DNA from: a virus
Length of the DNA stretch: 64,000 nucleotides
IMG/VR virus record: IMGVR_UViG_3300028388_005362
Coordinates: 1-64,000 of that record
Direction: 5' to 3' (one strand)
The number at the start of each line of letters is the position of its first letter. The stretch's first letter is position 1. This document shows, in pieces, positions 56,831 to 64,000 of the stretch. Under the pieces are notes generated by a model. It was not told the DNA's origin. It saw nothing but the letters and a program-made list of their open reading frames with translations, and did not search any database. Position numbers and translations under genes: made by a program.

Positions 56831-57838
56831 TTAAACGTTGTGTTTCTTACGGGCTTGCTCGATTATCTTTTGTGCTCTTTCAATCGAGTGATTGGTAACG
56901 AACTCAGCCGGATCTTTAGCTTGAAAGTTAGCTGAGCCGAAGCGCCCGTTGGTAAGAAATATGGGGTGTATGCCGTATAGACGTTTTATCTGGTTTGCCA
57001 TACATACCCCGGCATAATCGAAATCATACAGGGAGTAAATATGGGTGAACCTTCCGTTGAGTTCCTCGATGAGTTCCTTGGGAGGCAATACGCTCTCAGC
57101 TTGCATCGCACAACTATACAGTCCAAGTCTTCTTATTACGATGACATCCTTCATACTCTTGGTCAAAATCAACAAGTCAGCCGAATCAGGTAGCTGGTTG
57201 TAACCTTGCACGCGAGTGGTGTTGGATATAAATCGCGTCTTTTGCCCGTCCCGCGAACGGTAGGGGAAGTAGACCTTGAACTCTCCCTGGGCAAAGCGGT
57301 AAGCATAAGCCGGGTCGGAAGGGGAGAAGTTGTAGATGATATTGTCGCCGAGCCACAGGGTTTGCACCAGGTGGGTATCGAAATACTGCAGATTGTGGTA
57401 AGTAATACCCATGCCGCCCCAGAAGTCTTTGTCTACCTTATGGGGCTCACGGGTTGAAATGGTAAGTTTTGTTTCCTCCTTGATTGCCTGTTCTATTTTG
57501 TCTATATCTTTTGGTTTGAGGCTTTTGAAATCAGGTGCGGAAATCAAATCGAAATCTCCAGCCACTTTTCTGAGTGCTTGGTCGTAGTTGAGACCGAAGA
57601 CGTGCTGAACGATGTCGAACACGTCTCCAAAAAAGTGACCGGAGAAATCTTTGAAATACAATCTGCCGTTACGAGCGTATTTGAACCCACAGGTAGGATG
57701 GTTGTCCCTTCTCAGCGGTGAGCGTACTTTTTGGGAGAATTGTACCGGGATACCCAGGTAGTGCTCCATCATTTGCTCTTGACTGATATGTCGAAGGATA
57801 AACTCCCGGTCTACCGGGTTGGTAAGCTCGTAGAGCAT
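56831..57838 (-). CDS. DNA primase
   Basis: SPLRRDNHPTC, FKDFSG, TKSMKDV and Toprim YDFDYAG...KDPAEF. Confidence 0.88.
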   Translation of the reverse strand: MLYELTNPVDREFILRHISQEQMMEHYLGIPVQFSQKVRSPLRRDNHPTCGFKYARNGRLYFKDFSGHFFGDVFDIVQHVFGLNYDQALRKVAGDFDLISAPDFKSLKPKDIDKIEQAIKEETKLTISTREPHKVDKDFWGGMGITYHNLQYFDTHLVQTLWLGDNIIYNFSPSDPAYAYRFAQGEFKVYFPYRSRDGQKTRFISNTTRVQGYNQLPDSADLLILTKSMKDVIVIRRLGLYSCAMQAESVLPPKELIEELNGRFTHIYSLYDFDYAGVCMANQIKRLYGIHPIFLTNGRFGSANFQAKDPAEFVTNHSIERAQKIIEQARKKHNV

Positions 57839-57841
57839 GGT

Positions 57842-58531
57842 TTAGAAGCTCAGTTCTTCGGTAGTACTGGCGTCCATGGTTGCACTATCAGCAGCTTCTT
57901 CAGCCGTCTCGTTCTTCGGAGCCTCAGCGGCATCGAAGTTCATGGGAGTGCTGGCTGCAGGAGAACCATCACCATCAGGCTTTGGCTTCTTGACCACGCG
58001 GTCATATTTAGGATCAAGTACTAAACGTGTAGGAACACCCTCTTTCATCAATTCAACAAACGGGCTGATAGCACGCTTGGGGAAGGTGGTGTAGTCCTTA
58101 TTGTTGAGGATGAGCTTGATGCGAAGAGGAATACCTTGGTAATGATTTCCAGCCAGGGCAATGTATTGCTCTGCCAACACTTTGAAGTTGGGAGCTTTCA
58201 ATACCAACTGCTCAGCTGGGATGAAAGGCTCCAAAATATGCTTCAGACGTTCTCCCATGGCATTCATCTCACTCTTGATGAACTCTTTTGGATCTTTCTG
58301 GAATACAGTCTTGGCGAGCTTTTCCCACTGCTTGAAATCCGGTGAAAACTCCTTGTGTACAAAAGTAGAACCTGCAGGGTCAGTAAAGGTGATGGCGATA
58401 ACCATCTTGTCTGAGCCTTGTTTCATGGGTTCGTACTTGATTGAGGTAATTTGCACATTCTCGTTGATACCAGCGTTCATGAATTTACCAGCGCCGGTGG
58501 ACTCGTCAAAACCGAAATGATTTTCTGACAT
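57842..58531 (-). CDS. Putative single-stranded DNA-binding protein
   Basis: Lies between the Sak4-like ATPase and primase; flexible acidic tail ending EELSF. Confidence 0.55.
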   Translation of the reverse strand: MSENHFGFDESTGAGKFMNAGINENVQITSIKYEPMKQGSDKMVIAITFTDPAGSTFVHKEFSPDFKQWEKLAKTVFQKDPKEFIKSEMNAMGERLKHILEPFIPAEQLVLKAPNFKVLAEQYIALAGNHYQGIPLRIKLILNNKDYTTFPKRAISPFVELMKEGVPTRLVLDPKYDRVVKKPKPDGDGSPAASTPMNFDAAEAPKNETAEEAADSATMDASTTEELSF

Positions 58532-58559
58532 AATAACTTATTTAAGTAGGGATTAGAAA

Positions 58560-58600
58560 CAAATTTACGAATTATTACTCTTTATACAGTATATAATTAT
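58560..58600 (-). promoter_or_regulatory. Bacteroidota promoter with upstream Lrp-type box
   Basis: TAAATTTG on the - strand at 58560-58567; AGTAT-ATA-ATTAT at 58588-58600. Confidence 0.5.
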
Positions 58601-58616
58601 GCTTAAAGCACAAAAA

Positions 58617-59288
58617 TTAATCTATATAGATCTTCTTCCAGTCAAAGGGAATGACCTTGCCTGCCAGGTGAGCACTACGGGAGCCGCATTCTACTCCACC
58701 CTGACTGTTAAAGCTGACCATTAGCTTGTCTTCTTCGCTTCGATGAACGAATCCGATAGCGTCCATATCAGCCATGACAATGTTCTTGAGCTTGCCGGTT
58801 AAATCCAGCGAGCTTTCTGAAAACTCGACACTGTCGCTTCCTAAAACGGTCTTCTTCAGGTGTCCCACAATAATGACTCGGCTTCCCAGGGTCTTGAACA
58901 GGTCGACCACTTGCATCACCTGTGTGCGGACAATCCCGTACCCAGCACCGTATTCGATCTCACCGATGTGGGCAACTCCTTTTTCAGCCGCTACTTTGGC
59001 TTCAATCCAGTCGGCGATCTTATCGATGGGGTCAAGGGCGATATAATCGTATTTGTGTTCGCTCTCCTTGATAGCACGGCCTACACTCATCAGCTCGGCA
59101 AGGGAATTGGCGCTTACTTTCAAAGCATCCAGCTTGCGGGTACCCTTCTCCAGGTCAATGATCAGACAGTTGGGAAGTTTAGCAAGCATTGAGGTTTTAC
59201 CGACCTTGGGCGGTCCAAAAATCAGTAAAGGGTCGGGAGACAAACTCTCGGCTTTTACCTTTTTGGTAGGTAATTGAATTGTTGACAT
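58617..59288 (-). CDS. AAA_24 / Sak4-like ATPase
   Basis: GPPKVGKT, IIDLEKG, IALD, YGAGYG and IVGH. Confidence 0.85.
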   Translation of the reverse strand: MSTIQLPTKKVKAESLSPDPLLIFGPPKVGKTSMLAKLPNCLIIDLEKGTRKLDALKVSANSLAELMSVGRAIKESEHKYDYIALDPIDKIADWIEAKVAAEKGVAHIGEIEYGAGYGIVRTQVMQVVDLFKTLGSRVIIVGHLKKTVLGSDSVEFSESSLDLTGKLKNIVMADMDAIGFVHRSEEDKLMVSFNSQGGVECGSRSAHLAGKVIPFDWKKIYID

Positions 59289-59289
59289 A

Positions 59290-60273
59290 TTATTCAGCTG
59301 TAAAGTCAATAAAATCGGGTTCTACATACTCGATGATGCGACCGTTGGCAAAGTCCTCGGTCAGAGGCAGCCACTTGTTGGGCTCTCCGAATCGGTTCTT
59401 CACACTGTGCAGTGCAATGAGCCTGTCGGTATCCAGTGCACTCTCAGGGTCGCTTCCATACTGGGAGATGTGCAGCATCTCCGGGCGATGGATGACAATG
59501 ACGTGGTCCATGGCATGAAATACCTGCTTGGAACCAAAGATGTCTCCCATCTTGGGGAATTGTTTACCGAATTCTCTGCGCTTGGGATCTTCGATGGTAT
59601 CCTTGAGCTGGCCCACCAAAAAATTGATGTTGTTCAGCTTCTGACGCACACGTATGTACATCTTAGCCAGGTTAGCCATCATTTCCACCTCTGATTCTGA
59701 GCCTGCGCGTTCGGTCAGCAGTCCGTGGTCAAGGGAGGTAATCAACATGTGGTCAGGAAATTTCTCCTGTATGTCGTATATGGTCTCCTCGACCTGGTTA
59801 ACAGTTCCGGTGGTGTTTATCCACAGGGTGTCATCCCTGTCGGAGAAAGCCTCCAACATCTTCTTGATATACTCAAGCTGGTTGGGAGTTATCTTCTCGC
59901 CCACACCCAGTAGTTGAGAATATTTCAGCCCAGTTGCAGCAATGATGTCCCGGAGTCCTTCTTCGGTCATATCCATTTCAAAGGTGAAATGCACATTGAT
60001 TCTCTTTTTGGGGAACTTTCCGTTAAGGGCATCGTTGGCAAAATCCTGGTGCAGCATACGCAAGAAAAAACTCTTACCACTACCTGAGAGTCCACTCAAC
60101 AGCACATTTCGACTCTGATGAAACCCACCCACCAACGTACCGTTGAGCTTGGGGTATCTTGTCTGCAGGTAATTGGGGTGCGGACTCATTCCTTTCAGCA
60201 CTCTCTCCAGGGTAGCCTTGGCTACATCGGAATTGCGGTGAAAAGGAAGGTTGTAGTTAAAGTCGTCCATCAT
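59290..60273 (-). CDS. dnaB: DnaB-like replicative helicase
   Basis: GLSGSGKS, FTFEM, LDH, GQL, DIFGS and KNRFG. Confidence 0.88.
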   Translation of the reverse strand: MMDDFNYNLPFHRNSDVAKATLERVLKGMSPHPNYLQTRYPKLNGTLVGGFHQSRNVLLSGLSGSGKSFFLRMLHQDFANDALNGKFPKKRINVHFTFEMDMTEEGLRDIIAATGLKYSQLLGVGEKITPNQLEYIKKMLEAFSDRDDTLWINTTGTVNQVEETIYDIQEKFPDHMLITSLDHGLLTERAGSESEVEMMANLAKMYIRVRQKLNNINFLVGQLKDTIEDPKRREFGKQFPKMGDIFGSKQVFHAMDHVIVIHRPEMLHISQYGSDPESALDTDRLIALHSVKNRFGEPNKWLPLTEDFANGRIIEYVEPDFIDFTAE

Positions 60274-60817
60274 CTTTCTTTCGGGTATTGGATATACGGT
60301 CAGCTTCTTCCAGCAAAGGCTTCCAGACCTCACCCTTCAACCACCGGTCGATACGTGATTTGACCTCATCGAGGTTTTTGCCATGTTGGAGTGCCCGCAT
60401 GATGTCCCTGTGACGGGACAGACTGCCGTGTACTTCGTTATTATAATATTCGATGAATTCTTCCTTGTCCAGTTGCTTGAGGTATACCCTCTGTCCGTTA
60501 ATCCAGGTGGACGGCGGGTACGCATCCCAGAACTCGTAACCGGGTGAGGGGTCAGAGTCCAGACGGAGTTCCTTGCGTATCTTATCAGACACACTGTAAT
60601 AACTCACGTCGGTCTCCTTAGGGTCCTTGGGCGGTATGACCAGCCCTCGGTCAATCAACTCACCAATCTCGCTGTGCAGGAATTTTCGGTTCTTTTCCTG
60701 ATAGATCGTCAGCGGTGCCCAGTTCTCCTCAGCGATCAGACGCATGAAGAAATACTGGTTGGGAGAGATTTTGTGCTTAACCAAGAAATCGGTGTATTCC
60801 TTGACGTTCTGAATCAT
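60257..60817 (-). CDS. Putative replication initiator / helicase loader
   Basis: EFWDAYP and RWLKGEVW motifs; directly upstream of DnaB. Confidence 0.55.
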   Translation of the reverse strand: MIQNVKEYTDFLVKHKISPNQYFFMRLIAEENWAPLTIYQEKNRKFLHSEIGELIDRGLVIPPKDPKETDVSYYSVSDKIRKELRLDSDPSPGYEFWDAYPPSTWINGQRVYLKQLDKEEFIEYYNNEVHGSLSRHRDIMRALQHGKNLDEVKSRIDRWLKGEVWKPLLEEADRISNTRKKDDGRL

Positions 60818-61013
60818 AGTATCTATGTTTCTGTATTTCGTACATCTCATCGTAGTATATGCCTTCGACGGCATCTACTATCTCCTTTAGGGAATACAAG
60901 TTCCCATACGCCAGGTAGAGTTCCCTTTGAATGTCTTTGGAATCATCCGAAAGTGAAATAGGGTTGCTCTTCCTGTGGGTCAAGGCTGAGATTTGCGTTC
61001 TGATTAAACTCAT
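60777..61013 (-). CDS. Hypothetical small protein
   Basis: 78-aa ORF bridging the helicase and initiator genes, overlapping both. Confidence 0.35.
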   Translation of the reverse strand: MSLIRTQISALTHRKSNPISLSDDSKDIQRELYLAYGNLYSLKEIVDAVEGIYYDEMYEIQKHRYYDSERQGIHRFLG

Positions 61014-62098
61014 CTATTTCCTCCAATCGATTAATCCAGAAGACTCCAGGAACGCCCGCCATTCTTTTTCGGGTCCAGTCTTCGTCCTTAGAATCTCGGA
61101 TGTACAGGTTAACAATAAGTGCAGATTTGCCTTCCTTAAAGCGGATGGCTCTTCCGATACGCTGGATTCCCTGGCGTTTGGTCGAGTTACCGCTACAAAT
61201 CACCGCAAGCTCAATTCCTTCCACGTTGAAGCCTTCATCGAGGGCTTTGGCGGAAGAGATCACACGAACCTTGGTTCTTTTGTCCTTGAATCGCTCCAGG
61301 TTTGCCAGGCGTTGTTTCTTGGGAATCTTACTGTGGAATCCCACAGCCCTTTCTGGGATGTTCGTTGAGAATCTTCTTGCGCTGTTGCATGGTACGGGCA
61401 AAGTTGATCGCAGCCACTTGTATCTCCTGAGGCGTCATGTCCCACTCATCGGCGACGGTCTGGCGAAGCAGAGGGTCACTCAGAGCAGCCATAGCCCGGC
61501 GGAAGTCATGGTTGAAGAAACGGAAATTATAGATGAATCTTCGATTGAGGCCCTTGTAGGCTTCTCTTTCGTCCTCTTCCATATCCAAGGGAATGTTGTA
61601 GATCCTAAAATCTGACACATACCCCTCTTCCCGTGCCTCCTTCATGCCCAGAGTGTAGATAACAGGAGCACGATCGGTAATCAAATCGTGTTTGCCATCC
61701 TCTCTTTCCAGTGTGGCTGTTAGCCCCAGGATGAAGTGATATTTTACAGCACTAAAGACCCGACGAAACTGCTCGGCTGCATAGCGGTGGACTTCGTCCA
61801 AAATAAGCAGGTGAATGTCATATTGGTTGCGAATCACCGTATTGATGACCACAACCGTGACATTCTTGAGCTTGTGCGTCTTTATTTCCGCCTCCCACTG
61901 ACTCTTTAGTACCAGTGTTGGTACCACTATCATGGTGGTGCGGTCGGGGTGACGCTCGTTCATGTCTTTAATGATGAGAATTCCAATGAAGGATTTTCCG
62001 AAGCCGGTCACAGCAGAGACAGTCCCTTTTGCGCCGGCCTGTATCCAATCGGCGATGATTGCCTTTTGCTTCTTCAGCTTCTTCTGATTGATTTTCAT
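60943..62098 (-). pseudogene. SF2 (DExH) helicase interrupted by a frameshifting deletion near 61360
   Basis: N-terminal part has TGFGKS, DEVH and GLTAT. The C-terminal part, in another frame, has LDEGFNV and IQRIGRAIR. Motif IV is not seen in either. Confidence 0.8.
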
Positions 62099-62673
62099 TT
62101 TAAGAAGGGTTCTATTACTTCGTTGAACCGCTTGTAGTGCGGAGAGTCTTCTACTTCAGATGTCAGAATGCGGTCGTAGGCATCCATCAGGTTGTCATAC
62201 TCCTTACCTTTGTATGTAAAGGGACCTTCTTCGTCCGAATCGTACTCTCCTTTGGCTTCAAGCTGTTCTAAGAAGTTTTCTAACTCACTTATCTGGTCTT
62301 CGATACCAACGGTCACCAAAGTGTCCTCAAAGATGTACCGGGCGTCATATATGCCCATACCCAACTCCTCTTGTTCGGCGTAAACACCTGAGAGCTGGTA
62401 GGTATCGTAGATGAGCCGGAGCAATTCATCGTCCAGTGCCCAGTCCACAGAGAAGTTGACCTGCAGGTAGGTCTTGGTGTGAGACTCTTCGTACACATAG
62501 ACTTCGTAGATGCCCCTGTATTCCAGATCTTCCTGTTTGGTGCGCTCCAGGTGGAAATACCTATCCTGGCTGTCCTGCTGTTTGCGCTCTATGTCAGCGA
62601 AGTCTTTGTAAGCAGCGGCTATTTTTCCAGGTCCCCCGTACATCTGAAGGAAAACCGCGCAATGATTAGCCAT
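62095..62673 (-). CDS. Hypothetical acidic protein
   Basis: 192-aa ORF, coupled to both neighbours. Confidence 0.65.
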   Translation of the reverse strand: MANHCAVFLQMYGGPGKIAAAYKDFADIERKQQDSQDRYFHLERTKQEDLEYRGIYEVYVYEESHTKTYLQVNFSVDWALDDELLRLIYDTYQLSGVYAEQEELGMGIYDARYIFEDTLVTVGIEDQISELENFLEQLEAKGEYDSDEEGPFTYKGKEYDNLMDAYDRILTSEVEDSPHYKRFNEVIEPFLK

Positions 62674-63463
62674 CGGTCACCTCAGCTTCCTCTACCGGCT
62701 CGATTTGGCGAATCACACCTCCTACATTGGTCCATCCCATCTCCGAGAGGATCTGGTTGTGTACCTTCAGGTGTCCGCCACTGTATTCTCCCGGTGGGTT
62801 GTACTTGAGCAGTTCAGTGAATTGGTTATACACATTCCACACGTTAAAGGTGCGGGGCTCCTTGGGGTCTAATGCCCAGTTCTTGTCTGTATGAAGATTT
62901 CTGCGAAGCATTTCCAGCTGAAGTGTATTCAGCAGGCGCTCCTCCATATAGAACTTACCAGCCAGTTTGTGGACCAGTTCCATATCCACGCGGGTCTCCA
63001 TCATCTTCTGACGGGACTCTTCCAGGTTATTCAGGTACTTATCAGCACCAGCGAATATCTTGTCGAGCAGTTTGGTCAGCTGATCGATGACTTTACCGGT
63101 GTGCATGTGAGAGCCTCCGGCGAACTGACGCTCGGTCACCATTCCGTTGGAGCAGGCAAGCACCAAACCCATCAAACCGATGGAGAGCTTACGGGTTTTG
63201 TCGTAGGAATTGGTGAAGTTGACAGACAGGTTGAGTGGTCCGGGCTTTTCTTCGCGTCCGATCATGGTCACACCGGTTACCACTTTGAGTTGGTTGGTTC
63301 CCATATATCCGGAACCATAAACACGGAATCCTTCATCCTGGGCTCTCTGCCTGATTTGTTGGATGATGGTTTTGTTGGGTACGGGAACATAGGTCTCCGT
63401 AGCCTGTGGGAGTGGGACTTCAATAACGTCCGACTCCCTGACGTTGTACTTCTTTAGTGCCAT
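62666..63463 (-). CDS. DUF932/DUF945-like protein
   Basis: TYVPVPN...NSYDKT...LACSNGMV...WNVYNQFTE. Confidence 0.7.
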   Translation of the reverse strand: MALKKYNVRESDVIEVPLPQATETYVPVPNKTIIQQIRQRAQDEGFRVYGSGYMGTNQLKVVTGVTMIGREEKPGPLNLSVNFTNSYDKTRKLSIGLMGLVLACSNGMVTERQFAGGSHMHTGKVIDQLTKLLDKIFAGADKYLNNLEESRQKMMETRVDMELVHKLAGKFYMEERLLNTLQLEMLRRNLHTDKNWALDPKEPRTFNVWNVYNQFTELLKYNPPGEYSGGHLKVHNQILSEMGWTNVGGVIRQIEPVEEAEVTDG

Positions 63464-63782
63464 CGTTTAACGATTTGCGGGATTGTTCAATAAAATATTG
63501 CGTAGCGTATACTGCGTGGATGTTGGTGCCTCCAACGTTCCAGTTACGCATCATGTGTTTGGGGACTCGGCTATTCCAGTCGTATATGGTGAATACGACA
63601 GAATTTCCGTTTTCGTCCAGACATTTGCCTTGCCAGTGCCAGCGAAATTTGTAATCGATTTCTTCTGCGGGTTCGCCGAAAATAGCAATGAGTTCATCGT
63701 AGGTGACATCGTATAGATGCCCTTTGAAAGAAGTAGGGGTAATGAATACATCACGCCCGGCTTCTAAGTCTGTGAAAATCAT
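63420..63782 (-). CDS. Hypothetical phage protein
   Basis: TYDELIAIFGEP...FTIYDW...WNVGG. Confidence 0.7.
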   Translation of the reverse strand: MIFTDLEAGRDVFITPTSFKGHLYDVTYDELIAIFGEPAEEIDYKFRWHWQGKCLDENGNSVVFTIYDWNSRVPKHMMRNWNVGGTNIHAVYATQYFIEQSRKSLNDGTKEVQRQGVGRY

Positions 63783-63985
63783 TTGAGTGATTCTAAAGGA
63801 TACGAGACTGATTCCTTCAGGTCGTCTTCTTTGTAGTCATCTATGACTAAAACAATAACACAGTCCTGAACCAGTCCGTTCTTGTAGTAGGTTACACTCA
63901 GATTCTCTTCTGAGGTACCATCACTGTCCATATTATCCCATAACTTAAAGACTACTCCCGGATATTCAAGGGATTGCTTCAGCAT
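63779..63985 (-). CDS. Hypothetical protein
   Basis: 68-aa ORF with ATGA overlap to the next gene. Confidence 0.5.
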   Translation of the reverse strand: MLKQSLEYPGVVFKLWDNMDSDGTSEENLSVTYYKNGLVQDCVIVLVIDDYKEDDLKESVSYPLESLK

Positions 63986-64000
63986 GAACTTTTCCCAATA

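Noticed and set aside
48910-64000. Absence of a DNA polymerase gene as a novelty
   Set aside because: The window is only part of the genome; the early module continues beyond 64000.

Overview
This window is about 64 kb of a crAss-like (Crassvirales-type) phage genome, probably infecting Bacteroidota (TAnnTTTG promoters), read in the standard genetic code. The + strand (1-48913) is the late module: terminase, portal, acidic scaffold-like protein, major capsid protein, a holin/M15 endolysin/spanin lysis cassette, ring and tail proteins, a 2475-aa FN3-repeat tail protein carrying a polysaccharide-deacetylase-like insert, the muzzle protein, and cargo proteins including a 3975-aa virion RNA polymerase. 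The - strand (48910-64000) is the early/replication module: Lrp/AsnC regulator, uracil-DNA glycosylase, DnaA-domain-IV-like protein, PD-(D/E)XK nuclease, rIIA/rIIB-like pair, RusA-like resolvase, primase, SSB-like protein, Sak4-like ATPase, DnaB helicase and SF2 helicase. Main leads: (1) a phage-encoded Lrp with an E. coli-Lrp-like recognition helix, plus Lrp-type 5-3-5 boxes at three promoter regions in both modules, suggesting a nutrient-sensing regulon; (2) an FN3 stalk with two passenger domains inserted at the same loop after an identical QAGGG linker; (3) structured leaders that cover or abut the start codons of the capsid and cargo genes; (4) terminase and SF2 helicase each broken by an apparent ~100-nt frameshifting deletion, probably assembly gaps. 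All family calls come from motif recognition by eye; no database search was run.
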